Source of the DNA: Neocallimastix sp. 'constans'
Taxonomy: Eukaryota
Direction of reading: 5' to 3'
Length of the DNA stretch: 64,000 nt
Assembly (NCBI GenBank): GCA_050613775.1
Contig: JBODTK010000104.1
Coordinates: 62,001-126,000, forward strand
Positions within the stretch are counted from its first letter, which is position 1. Each line of letters begins with the position of its first letter. The notes under the pieces were generated by a model that was not told the origin of the DNA, made no database searches, and was given only the letters and a program-made list of their open reading frames with translations. A program made the translations under genes and the position numbers. Shown here in pieces: positions 12,701 through 26,498 of the stretch.

Positions 12701-15693
12701 TATACATATACATAGTATGTTTTTTAATAATCTAATTTTATTTTAATAAATTTTTTTTTTTTTGTGAATATTATTAATAAATAATTAAATAAATAATAAT
12801 AAATAATAAATAATAAATAATAAATAATAAATAATAAAATAATAAATAATAAATAATAAATAATAAATAATAAATAATAAAATAATAAATAATAAATAAT
12901 AAATAATAAATAATAAATAATAAATAATAAATAATAAATGAATTTAAATAATAAATAATAAATAATAAATAAATAAATAAATAAATAATAAATAAATAAA
13001 TAATAAATAAATAATGAATAAATAAATAAATAAATAAATAATAAATAAATAAATAAATAATAAATAATAAATGAATTTAAATAGTAAATAATAAATAATA
13101 AATAAATAAATAAATAAATAAATAATATTAAATAATAAATAAATAATAAACAATAAATGAATTATTAAATAATAATAAAAATTTAAAATAATACTAAATA
13201 ATAATAAAAATTCATTATAATATTAATAATAATTGATCATTATGATAATAAAAATAATGAAGGTTCATTATAATAATAATAGTATTAAATAATGAATAAT
13301 AATATATAAGAATATGAATAATGTATTATGATAAGTATATTATTAATATTTATAATATAAATAAGTAAATTGATGAATATGAATTAAGGATAGTTTTCAT
13401 AAATTAAAGATAAATAAAAAGAAATATTGTATTTATTTAATAATCTGTATTAATTAATATAATAATAATAATTAATATAGAATAAATAAAAATAAAATTA
13501 ATAAACATAATTAATATAATAAATTATAAATAATGTAAAGTATAAATTTAATATAATATAATATAATATAATATATTGGCTATTACAATTAAATCAAATT
13601 TAATTAAAATATACCTAATAAATAAAATTTAAATAAATTGGTATAAAATAAAATGAATGGAATATCCATTTTATTTTATATTAAATTAATATATGGTAAC
13701 ATATATTATGAATACAAATTATATATAATTGAAATTTTCGAAAAAAGTATTAAAAATAAATAAGTAAATAAGTAAATAAGTGAGTAAATAAATAAGTAAA
13801 TAATAAGTAAATAAATAAGTAAATAAATGAGTAAATAAATTTTTAAAATTATTATAAAGTTATAATATTATGTAATTACCAAAAAGGAAAATGTATTCAT
13901 TCAATATATATTCAATATGATGCATTATGATTTGCTAAAATAATACGTATAATGCAAATGTAAATGGTAAAATATAGAATTGATGAATATAAATATTTAT
14001 TATTAAAATGAATATTGGTTTAATGTTGGCTTAAAGATTCTTATGCTTAAAGATTCTTATGTATTAAATAGAGGAACTTAATAATAATAAATAGAAATAA
14101 AAAAGACACTAAAAAGTATTAACTATATTTAATTAAATTATTATTAAATAATATATTTAAAAGAAATATAAAATGCCTGATTTAATAGAATGATATAAAA
14201 ATAAAAAGCAAATATTCCTTTTTTATTTAATGCTTTATAGGATATGAATGAAAAAAAAAAACTCTTTTTAAAAGCATGATTAACATTTGGAAATTTTTTT
14301 TATATTTAATTATATTTATTATACATTTATAATATATTTCAATATATTTCAATTATATTGATTATATTGCGATATATTAAAATTTATTAATAAATCATAC
14401 ATTAAAAATTATTAAAATCATAAATTTTATTAAATAGTAAATAACTTAATTATTTATTTATTATTTATTATTAATTTATATAATTATTTAATTATTTAAT
14501 TATTTAATTATTAATTTATTTAATTACTTAATTATTTAATTATTTAATTATTATATATTATCTTATTATTATTTAATATATATCATTTATTAATGGTTTA
14601 ATAAATAGAATAATATGAATTAACTTTTTTTTTTATTTATATGATTTTTATTTATTTACCTTTTTTTTTATTATATTTAACCATAACAAAAAAAAAATTT
14701 TTTATTCTATTCTTAAAAGACCGTTATATTTTATAAAATATTTAAAAACAATAAAAAATAACAACTACAATCAAAAAATTAAAAATAAAATAAATATAAT
14801 AAAACTATAAAATAATTTTTGTGTATCATATTTTAAAAAAAAGTATTAAAAGACTTTATTACAACAAAGATAAACGTTAACCATCGCAAATCGAATATAA
14901 ATTTAATTTTTAAGATTATTTTAGAAAAGTATATATTTTCTATTTCTTTTTTTTACTTTTTTATTTTTTATTTTTTTTTTTTTTTTACTTTATTTTATTT
15001 CTTATTTTTATTTCATATATTTTATCATATATTATTTAAATTTATATTATATTCTATTTTATTTTTGTTTTCATTCTTTATAATGAAAATAATATAATTA
15101 GTTTAAAAGTTTATATTTAAATTAATTATTAAAAGTAAACAAAGAATTTATATTTAAATGTTTATATTTTTAAAGGAAATCCTTTTTTTTTTTTTTTTTT
15201 AGTAGGAGAAATAAGTAAAATAAATTAAGCATATTATTATTTAAAATAAAGCATATTATTATTTTAAATAAAATAGATTTATAATTATAGAGTTTTCATA
15301 AAGTTCATGAGATTAATTATAATATTTTATATGAAATGTAGAGTATACTATTGAATTAAATAAATAAAAAAAAAAAAAAATTATTCAAAAAGATAAAAAT
15401 AAACAAAAATATTAATAAAGATAAAAAGTAACATTTTCTTAATGTATTAAATTTAAATGAAAACAGAAAAAATGTATATAACATATATAATATTAATAAG
15501 ATAAAGAAATTCTTAGCCAAAATATAGCAAAATTTTAATTTTCTTAATTCCTTTTTTTTTTCCTATAGAAATTTTATTTATTTATATTATTGTAATAGTA
15601 AATAATTATTTATAAATACTAATTTATATTTATTTTTATTATAATTATATATATATATTATTAAAATAAAGCAAATACAATATATAATAAAGA

Positions 15694-17928
15694 ATGTCAG
15701 TAAACATAAACGCTTTAAGTCAACAACTTCAGAATACTAATATTAGGTAAATAGATAAAAGACATATAATAATAAGTAAATAAATAAATAAGTAAAAAAA
15801 GAGAATCAGGATAGATACAAAAATAATTTATTAACAAAATAAAAAGAAAAATAACAAGGATATTTATAATATTAAATAATTAACTTGTAAATATTTAATG
15901 TTTGATCAAAGGATATAAATGATTAATATGATAAAGGATTTAAGAAAAAAAATATATTATATATAAAAATATAAATGATCAGAAGTAATTAGTAAAGACG
16001 GAAGAATGAAAATAATTTATTAAGAAAGTGTTATTAATAAATGACTATTAAATGGAATATGCATAAAAATAGCAATAATAATTGAAAAATTAATATGACT
16101 TAAAAAATAAAATCATTAATTAAAATGAAATTTTATTTCCTGAAATAATGAAATAAATAAAAAAAGTCTTTAATAAATAATTAAATAATATAAACTTTTT
16201 ATATTTACAATTGTTAAAAAAGTGATGATAAGTCATGGAAGAGCCAATTAAAATTACCACCAAAAGATTTACGTCCAAAAACTGAAGATGTTACTGCTAC
16301 TAAAGGTAATGAATTTGAAGATTACTATTTAAAACGTAAGCTTTTAATGGGAATTTTTGAAGCCGGTTTTGAAAAACCATCTCCAATTCAAGAAGAATCT
16401 ATACCAATTGCTTTAGCTGGAAGAGATATTCTTGCTAGAGCTAAGAACGGTACTGGTAAAACTGCTGCTTTTGTTATACCCGCTTTAGAAAAGGTTGACA
16501 ATAAGAAGGATCATATTCAAGGTAGATAAAGATTTAATGTATTTTCATAAAAAATAAATGTAAACTTTTTTATTTGTTTTTATTTTTTATTAATAAAATT
16601 CGTAATATTTGATATTTATACAATCATTTCTAGCTGCTGTTCTCGTTCCAACAAGAGAACTTGCTTTACAAACTTCACAAGTCTTTAAGACTCTTGGAAA
16701 GCATCTTAATGTTAAAATTATGGTTACTACTGGTGGTACAACATTAAAGGATGATATTCTTCGTTTAGGAGAAACTGGTTAGTTTATTTAAGATTGTATA
16801 CACACATATATATATAAATATATTTTATGTTTTAGCTATAGAGAAAAATGGAGTTTAATATATATTATAATTTTTTATTGAATTAGTACACATTCTTGTT
16901 GGTACTCCTGGTCGTATGCTTGATCTTGCTGGTAAAGGTGTTGCTAATCTCTCACAATGTCAAGTTTTAATTATGGATGAAGCTGATAAGTTACTTTCTC
17001 CAGAATTCCAACCAATTGTTGAACAATTAATTTCCCACTTCCCAGAAAATAGACAAATTTTATTATTCTCTGCTACTTTCCCAATTATTGTCAAAAATTT
17101 CAAAGATAAATTCCTTAAGGAACCTTACGAAATCAATTTAATGGACGAACTTACTCTTAGAGGTGTCACTCAGTATTATGCTTATGTTGAAGAAAGACAA
17201 AAGGTTCATTGTTTAAATACTTTATTCTCAAAGGTAAGGCATTTAATATTTCATTAGAAAATAATGATATTATTATATATATTATTTATATTCATGTTCA
17301 TTTTTTAATATTTAAAAAGATAAAACTAAACAAAACAATAATAGCAAAAACAAAAAAATCTAACTAAATATATAAAATTTCAAAAAATTATATAGTTACA
17401 AATTAATCAATCTATCATTTTCTGTAACTCTACAAGTCGTGTCGAATTACTTGCCAAGAAAATTACTGAACTTGGTTATTCTTGTTTCTACATTCATGCT
17501 AAGATGTTACAATCTCACCGTAACAGAGTTTTCCATGATTTCAGAAATGGAAAGTGCCGTAACCTTGTTTGTTCTGGTAAATTTTTTTTTAAAAAAAATC
17601 AATATATATAGATAAAATTGGATTAATTTATCAATAATATTAATAAAAATATTATTATTATCATATAAATCATAAAGATCTTTTAACTAGAGGTATTGAT
17701 ATTCAAGCTGTTAATGTTGTTATTAACTTTGATTTCCCAAAGAATGCTGAAACTTATCTTCATAGAATTGGTCGTTCTGGTCGTTTTGGTCACTTAGGTT
17801 TAGCTATTAATCTTATTACTTATGATGATCGTTTCAACTTATACAGAATTGAACAAGAATTAGGTACTGAAATTCAATCCATACCACCAGTTATTGACAA
17901 AAACTTATATGTTGCTCCAAGTGTTTAA
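15694..17928 (+). CDS. DHH1: DEAD-box RNA helicase Dhh1/DDX6 (Ste13), 424 aa. Exons 15694-15746, 16223-16521, 16634-16777, 16887-17233, 17396-17576, 17678-17928
   Basis: Motifs [97 protein letters not shown]. Introns join in phase. Confidence 0.97.
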
Positions 17929-18879
17929 ATTTAATATACTACTATACATTTTCTATTTACACTTTTAAATAAAAAAAAATATTATAATTATAAATTATTA
18001 AAATTCATAAATTATAAATTTAAATTATTATTATTTTTTTTTCATTCGTTCATTTAATTTTTTTTTATTAGCTCTTTTATTTTTATTAATTAATGATATA
18101 TATCTTTTTATCATGAAATTTTTTTTTCTTTTATTTTATAGATAATTTCATGAATGTTCAAATCTAGATTATTTTCGATTTTTATTATAAATCATAATGT
18201 TAATAATCATATAAAAAAAATAAGAAAATAATCACTTAATATATATATTTATATATATGTATATAAAAGTGAATATTTATAAAAAAAAAATTAAGATAGA
18301 TATTTTAAAAATAAAAAAAAAAAAAAATAGAAGAAAAAAAAAAAAAAAAAAAAGAAAGAAAATGATAAATTATAAGAATAATAATATTAAAAAAAAAAAT
18401 AATAAAAAAAAAAAAAGAAAAACTTTAAAAAATATATATATAAACTTTACATAAATATATATATAATATATGCATTAAATAAGGGAAACGTAATAATGTA
18501 TTATTAAAATAATAAATCACATATTTATATATATATATACATATATATATATAAAGCATTAAATATATATATATATATATTAAACAAAAAAAAAAAAAAA
18601 AAACAAAAAACAAACAAACAAAAAGAACAAAAACAAAAAAAAAAAAAAAATTACAAAAAATTTAACGCTATAAATAATAAAAATTATAATTTTTTTATTC
18701 AATATTATCAAAACGAAAAAAAAAAAAAGATATTAAATTAGGACTTTTTTTTTATATATAAAGTAATGAAAAAATTATTAAATTCAAATTATTAATAATT
18801 ATTATATTTATTTATTTTATTAAAATAATGGTAATATAATAAGTAGTAGAAAACAAATAGATTAGAAAAAAAAAGTTGA

Positions 18880-18977
<98 letters not shown>

Positions 18978-19088
18978 TGATGATGATGATAAAAAATAAA
19001 AAATATTAAAATTAAATAAAAATTAACTTAAAATAAAAATATAAAAAAGATAGAAACGTTAAAAAAAAAAAAAAAGAAAATAAAGTAA

Positions 19089-19149
<61 letters not shown>

Positions 19150-20164
19150 TACTATATGTTGATTTTTTGATTTATTTGATATACATTAAAGGGTGATTAT
19201 CAATTGCGATCTAATTGTAATTGCATCTAATAGTAACAAATTGACAAATTAATTATTATTGTTTCATTCATACAAGAACTTTGTTTAATCTTAGCTGTAG
19301 ATACCACTAAACTTAGTCTAGAATATAGTTGAATGTGGATATAAATAATATATCATTATTGCCTTACGAGGTGGTAAAGTTACAGAAAATTGTCCAAAAT
19401 ATTGTCCTTGTTGTGGTAAAGGTGTTCGGTTATTTATATATTGGGATATTTGAATGTTCCTTTCTTTCAAATGTTAGAATGAAATAAGAAATTTACCTTT
19501 ATTTTCTTCCTACTCATCAATTTTAGATTGTGAAAAATCAAAATTAATGAGTATATTTTTATTTTATATTCCTTTTTGGTGTAACTTTAGCTTTAGATGA
19601 GCTATAGCTCAATACGAGGGAAACAAAGACATTTAAAAGAAGCTCTATTAAAAAAGTTCCAAGGGCCAAATGTTCCATATATAGTTAGCCTTCGCTGGAT
19701 TACCTCACCAACACCATACCAGTTGTTAGTAGCTCTTTTTTTGAGTTATTTTTTTTGATTAGTAAGTTAAGAAGATGATTTATTAATAATATCTTTCAAT
19801 CATCTTTGAGAGAGAGTCTTCTTTCACGATTTCATATTTTGTGGGATTTGTGGTATTCCTTACTATTGATATGTCTATTGTCCTATTGTGTTTAGTGATT
19901 TTTACATTATGATCAATTTGCTTTCCATTAGACTAACCGTTGTCAGAAGCGTCAACGTCGAAATGATAAGGCCGAGCAGAGAAGAAATTTCTGATGTAGC
20001 TTTGTATCGATAAATTTTTATCCACATGATGTTTATCATACATGAATGGGAAGAGTTGAAAGGTCATTTTGTCCTTGAAACTTATAACAGAGTATTTTGA
20101 TTATAATGTAAAAAAGAATCATCAAAAACAAAAACAAAAACAAAAACAAAAACAAAAAAAAAAA
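19150..20164 (+). mobile_element. 5'-truncated decayed LINE (zinc-finger end and 3' region) between (TAT)n tracts
   Basis: ECGYK...TENCPKYCPCCGKG relic. 19590-19720 aligns with 33480-33625 (minus) and 55840+. Ends in (AAAAAC)n/poly(A) followed by (ATT)n. Confidence 0.7.
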
Positions 20165-20193
20165 TTATTATTATTATTATTATTATTATTATA

Positions 20194-20325
<132 letters not shown>

Positions 20326-20579
20326 TCTATTTCTGGATTGTTAATTTAAATGAAGTTTATTCCTAGTTTATGTAAAAAAAAATGAATTGATCTTGTATGT
20401 ACCTTATTAATTTATATAGAGCATTTTCTCCCAACCCAGTGTTTTTTCTGATAAATGAAGTTGAAAGTTCATTTGCCATGACAATTATGATTTAAATATT
20501 CTCTCTAACTATATTTAAGCCTTTTGTACAGGAACGTGGTGCATTTCGGAAAATGTTAACATTTAAAATTTTTAGTACA

Positions 20580-20630
<51 letters not shown>

Positions 20631-21467
20631 ATAGATAAATAGATAAATAAATAAATAGATAAAAATAAATAAATTATTAATAATAAATAAATAATTATAA
20701 AAATATTTTATTGTCTAAAATATTTAAAATCTTATTTATTATTAACTAATATTTATTTTTATAATGTTTTATATATTTGATATATTAAAAAAAACTGAAA
20801 TATTAATTTTTATTTAAGATATGAAAGAATTATAAATTAAAAAAAAAAAAAAAATAATTGACCAAATAAAAATATTTAATTAATTTGCGTAGTAATTTTA
20901 TAGGAATAGTGAAAAAAAGTAAAATAATATAAATTTATTTAAAATATAAATAGGGAACCCACTAACCACATCTCAAATGGCCCTTAGATTAAGGAAAGTT
21001 GCATTACTGTCAGCTCGGATATTAATTATTCTTTAAAATTATTTCTAAATTAAATTATCAATAATTTCATCATAAAAATTTATGGCGATTGGAGATTGGA
21101 AATCAATGAAAGAGCTTTTAAAACTATAATAAACTTAATAATTATCATTTACATATTTATTTATTTTTTTTTTTTTTTTGTAAAATTTTATTAAAATAAA
21201 AAATAAAAATTTTTAAAAGATATAATATTTCTTAATATCATTCATAACTATTGTTGATATCAATAATTTTAATGAATTTAATATTGGTATTAATAAAATT
21301 TAGAGTATATCATATTAATATTAAAATTTTAACTGAGTAGTTTTATTGCTATATACGATAATTCAATATTAATTTTTTTTTTTTAGACTGGGAAATAGTG
21401 AGTAAATATTATTTTTAATTTAATCTATCTATGTTATCTTTCTATTAATAATATTATTATAATATTA

Positions 21468-21530
<63 letters not shown>

Positions 21531-21764
21531 GTAAATAAATAAATAAATAAATACATAAATACATACATAAATAAATAAATAAATAAATAGATAAAAATAA
21601 ATAAATTATTAATAATAAATAAATATTATAAAAATAAATATGGAGTTAATAATAAATAAGATTTTAAATATTTTAGACAATAAAATATTTTTATAAAGTT
21701 TTATATATTTGATATATTAAAAAAAACTGAAATATTAATTTTTATTTAAGATATGAAAGAATTA

Positions 21765-21796
<32 letters not shown>

Positions 21797-22420
21797 TAAT
21801 TGACCAAATAAAAATATATAATTAATTTGCGTAATAATTTTATAGGAATAGTGAAAAAAAAGTAAAATAATATAAATTTATTTAAAATATAAATAGGGAA
21901 CCCACTAACCACAACTCAAATGGCCCTTAGATTAAAGAAAGGTTCATTACTGTCAGCTCGGATATTAATTATTCTTTAAAATTATTTCTAAATTAAATTA
22001 TTAATAATTTCATCATAAAAATTTATGGCGATTGGAGATTGGAAATCAATGAAAGAGCTTTTAAAATTATAATAAACTTAATAATTATCATTTACATATT
22101 TATTTATTTTTTTTTTTTTATGTAAAATTTTATTAAAATAAAAAATAAAAATTTTTAAAAGATATAATATTTCTTAATATCATTCATAACTATTGTTGAT
22201 ATCAATAATTTTAATGAATTTAATATTGGTATTAATAAAATTTAGAGTATGTCATATTAATATTAATAAAATTTTAACTGAATAGTTTTGTTGCTCTATA
22301 TGATAATTCAATATTAATTTTTTTTTTTTTTTAGACTGGGAAATAGTGAGTAAATATTATTTTTAATTTAATCTATCTATGTTATCTTTCTATTAATAAT
22401 ATTATTATAATATTATAAAA

Positions 22421-22455
<35 letters not shown>
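20580..22455. repeat. Tandem direct duplication, unit ~0.95 kb, bounded by (TAAA)n tracts
   Basis: Near-identical blocks: GGGAACCCACTAACCAC...CTGTCAGCTCGGATA at ~20953 and ~21896, ATGGCGATTGGAGATTGG at ~21082 and ~22025, AGACTGGGAAATAGTGAG at ~21385 and ~22333. Confidence 0.92.
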
Positions 22456-22456
<1 letters not shown>

Positions 22457-22868
22457 CAAATTTTTAATTTAATATTACTAATTTAATATAAAAGAAAATT
22501 TTATTTTTAGCTTTTTAATATATAAATTTTTAATTCTTTTCATTTTTTTTATGAAATAAAATTATATAATAAATTTATAAATATATTAAATATTATAATA
22601 TTATATATAAAATATATATTAATACATATATTTTTTTAGAATTTATTTTTTTAAAAATTTTCTTATTTTTCTTTTTTCATTTTAAAGTACATATATATTT
22701 TAAAGTAATTTTGAAAAAGAATTTTTAAAAAGATATTTAAAAACTGTATGTTATTTTGTAATTAATTTTAAATATATATATATATATATTTTAAAAAAGA
22801 ATATAAATATATACATATATCATTTAAATAAATTAAATAATAATAATAATAAAGAAATAAAGAAAAAA

Positions 22869-23158
22869 ATGGCTACAAAAGAGTCAAGTAAGGTGTCTGT
22901 TATTGAGGATTATCTTGACTGTAAGTTGATACATATATATTAAATTAAGAGTTTTCTTTTTTTTTTTTTTTTAAGCATTTTAACTACTTTTTTACATTTA
23001 AATATACATATATATTTTTATTTATTAGTATAATAGAATATATATAATAATAATAAAGGATATTTTATGTTAAAAGGGAATAATTGTTTTTAAATAAAAG
23101 AAAGAATTTAAAATGATTTATTATTAATGTTTTTGAATTTTCACCAATGTTTAATTTT

Positions 23159-23196
<38 letters not shown>

Positions 23197-25482
23197 AAAT
23201 TGTTAAACATAATTAAGGTATCGATTCATTACCAGTCGATTTATCCAGAATGCTTACAGAAATAAAAGAACATGATTCACTTACAAAAGACAATGTAAAA
23301 AAATTGGAAGTTTTAACAGACGACCTTAATAAAACATTTTTAAATAATGCAGAAACTGAACGATTAAATTTATGTAATGATTTATTATCGGTATTACAAG
23401 AAAATCTTATATTAGGTGAAAAAAAAGTTGAATTAGCTCAAAAAACTTTTGATATGGTAATTATATAATATATATAATGTTTTATTATATTTAATAAAAT
23501 AATTATAAATTTTATAATTTTTAAAATATATTTAATAAAAAGCAGAATTTAAAAAAATAAACAATCATTATTTATAAATATTTATAATATAATCAACACT
23601 GTTTGAAAATTAAAAAATATAATAACAATTCTATATATATATATATATATATATTTCATTTCTTTTTTATTAAATTTATTACAATATTATTATTAATATT
23701 TTCTTTTATTTTATATGTTTAAATATTGTTTTTAATATATTATGAAAAAATAATATATATTAAATTAAATATTTGTATTACATTTTATAATATATATAAT
23801 TAAATTTTACAATTTTATAATTTTTTCTTTTTTAATTTGGAAATTAAATTAAAAATACTTTGAACTACAACAATAACAATAACAACAATAACAACAATAA
23901 CAACAACAATAATAACAACAATAATAATAATAAAGGTTAACGCTCGTATTAAACGTATTGATGAAGATGCAGCAATAATTGAGGAAGAAGAATTTACTTC
24001 ATCTAAAGCTCAACGTAATTATACCAATGATCTAAATGTTATAACTCCAATTCCAGACTCAAAGATTATAAAACCAAATATTGTTTTGGCCCCTGAGACT
24101 GAAGAAAATACAGAAACTAAAACTAATGTAAATAGCACCACCACCACTAATAATACCAATAAAGGAGATAAAAAGAGTACCACTGATTCATCAACATTAT
24201 CAAAGAGTAGTAAGTTTTTTTTTTTAATATTATTTTTATCGATTTAAATATACATAAATATTTTTTAATTTTTTAAAAAAAAAGAAATTGAATTTTAAAT
24301 AATTTAGATGAAAAATTTAAATAAATAAATATTTAAAATAAATAAATATTTAAAATAAATAAATATATAAAATAAATATATATGAATAATTAATTATTTA
24401 TGATATTAATGTATCATAAATAAATAAATAAAATAATTATTATATATATATATATTTTTAAATTTATTATTAAATAAATATATTTATTTTTTTAATATAA
24501 TTATTTTATTTATATTATAATTTAATTCATATATAATTTTTAATAATAATATATAAATTTAAATATAATAACAATTAAAACCAAACAACAAAAATACATA
24601 CACATATAAATAATGAAAAAAAAAAAAAAAAAAAAAAAAGGAAAGAGACAAAGAGAAAAGGAAAAGGATAAGGATAGAGAAAAGGATAAGGACAAGGATA
24701 AAGATAAGGATAAAAATGATAAAGAAACAAATGACACTAAATCTCCAACTCCAATAAAAAAAGAATCAAAACATAAAAATTCACTTACAAGTACAAAGAA
24801 TTCAAATAAAGCACGTAAACAGTAAAGTGTTTATTTGTATTTTTATTATAAATATATATATATATATTTATTATTATTATTATTATTATTTTTGTTTTTA
24901 AATAACGTTATCATTATATAATCACAAATAATACTAATACTAATAATACTACTCATAAGAATAATAAGAATAATAATAAAAATAATAAAAAAATTTTTTA
25001 AATTATTTTATATTAATATCTTAACATATTTTATAAATATTAATATAAATTATAAAAATAAAATAAAATTTAATAGTAGTGATATTAAACATAGTAAGAG
25101 TTCAAATAATGATAAATCGGTAATGATGCCTTCAGATCTTGAAATTGATCCAGATGAACCGACATATTGTAAATGTCATCAAGTTTCCTTTGGTGAAATG
25201 ATTGCTTGTGATAATGAAGATGTAAATATTATATCTCTATCTTCCTATTTATATCTATGTCCATATCTTTATCCAAATACTCTTCAATTATTATAAAATA
25301 TACTTATTATATAAATCATATTATATTTTTATTAATTATTTTTTATTATATATATATATATTTTATAGTGCGCTATTGAATGGTTCCATTATTCATGTGT
25401 TGGTTTAGTAGGTCCACCAAAAGGAAAGTGGTATTGTGATGATTGTGCGGCACTTATGGCTAAGAAAAATAAGAAAAAATAA
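22869..25482 (+). CDS. ING-family PHD-finger chromatin reader (Yng/Pho23/ING-like), ~334 aa. Exons 22869-22920, 23218-23456, 23936-24209, 24641-24821, 25077-25221, 25369-25482
   Basis: ING N-terminus [25 protein letters not shown]...[15 protein letters not shown]-terminal [54 protein letters not shown]. Basic linker in between. Paralogue not assignable by eye. Confidence 0.93.
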
Positions 25483-25939
25483 AAGATTAAAAAAATTTTT
25501 ATTTTATTAATTTAATTTTTTTTTTTTTGTTTTATTCTTTCTTTTTATTTCATTTCTCTTAAATTAATATTCATTTGTAATTTTTTTTTTATCATTAATT
25601 TCATATTTAATAATAATATTATTATTATAATTTTTTGTAACCCGTAAGAATGTCAATTAATGATAATTTATGATATTCAAAATAATTTTATAATTAATAT
25701 TATATATGTATATATATATATATTAATTTTCAATATTAATAATAATTTGATTTTTTTAAAAGAGAGAGAAAGAGAGAATATATATACATAGATATCTGTA
25801 AATTAAAAAGCATAAAAAAAAAAAAAAAAAAAAAACAGAATAAAATAAATAAAAATATAAATACATAAGAAATAAAATTTCATATATATTATTATATTAT
25901 AAATGATCGTGTTAAACTATTTTTATAGAAAAAAGGAAA

Positions 25940-26053
<114 letters not shown>

Positions 26054-26412
26054 ATAGCATTGGAACTTTCTTTTTTATTATTTATTTATTTTTTTATTTT
26101 ATTTTATTTTATTTTTATTTTAATTATTTAATTATTTTAAATCTTTATTTAAATATACTTCTTTATTAATAATTTATTTTTTAGCTAAGAAATTTTTTAT
26201 TATTTTGTTTTATAATGAATTAATTATTTTTTAATATTTTAATTTTTTTTTTTTTAATGTTTAATGCTTAATAGAAAGCTATTATCAAAAGTTCCTCTGT
26301 AATGTACTATATATATTAATATAAAAAAATAATAATATTGTAATTTTTTTTTTTTTTATAATAATAAAGACTTTAATAAGTAATAATCATTTTTTTTATA
26401 TATTAATTTTAG

Positions 26413-26483
<71 letters not shown>

Positions 26484-26498
26484 TAAATCTAATAGGAA

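Noticed and set aside
20370..20480. Short minus-strand frame MANELSTSFIRKNTGLGENALYKLI, possibly a transposase HTH relic
   Set aside because: Too short, with no catalytic motif or TIRs.
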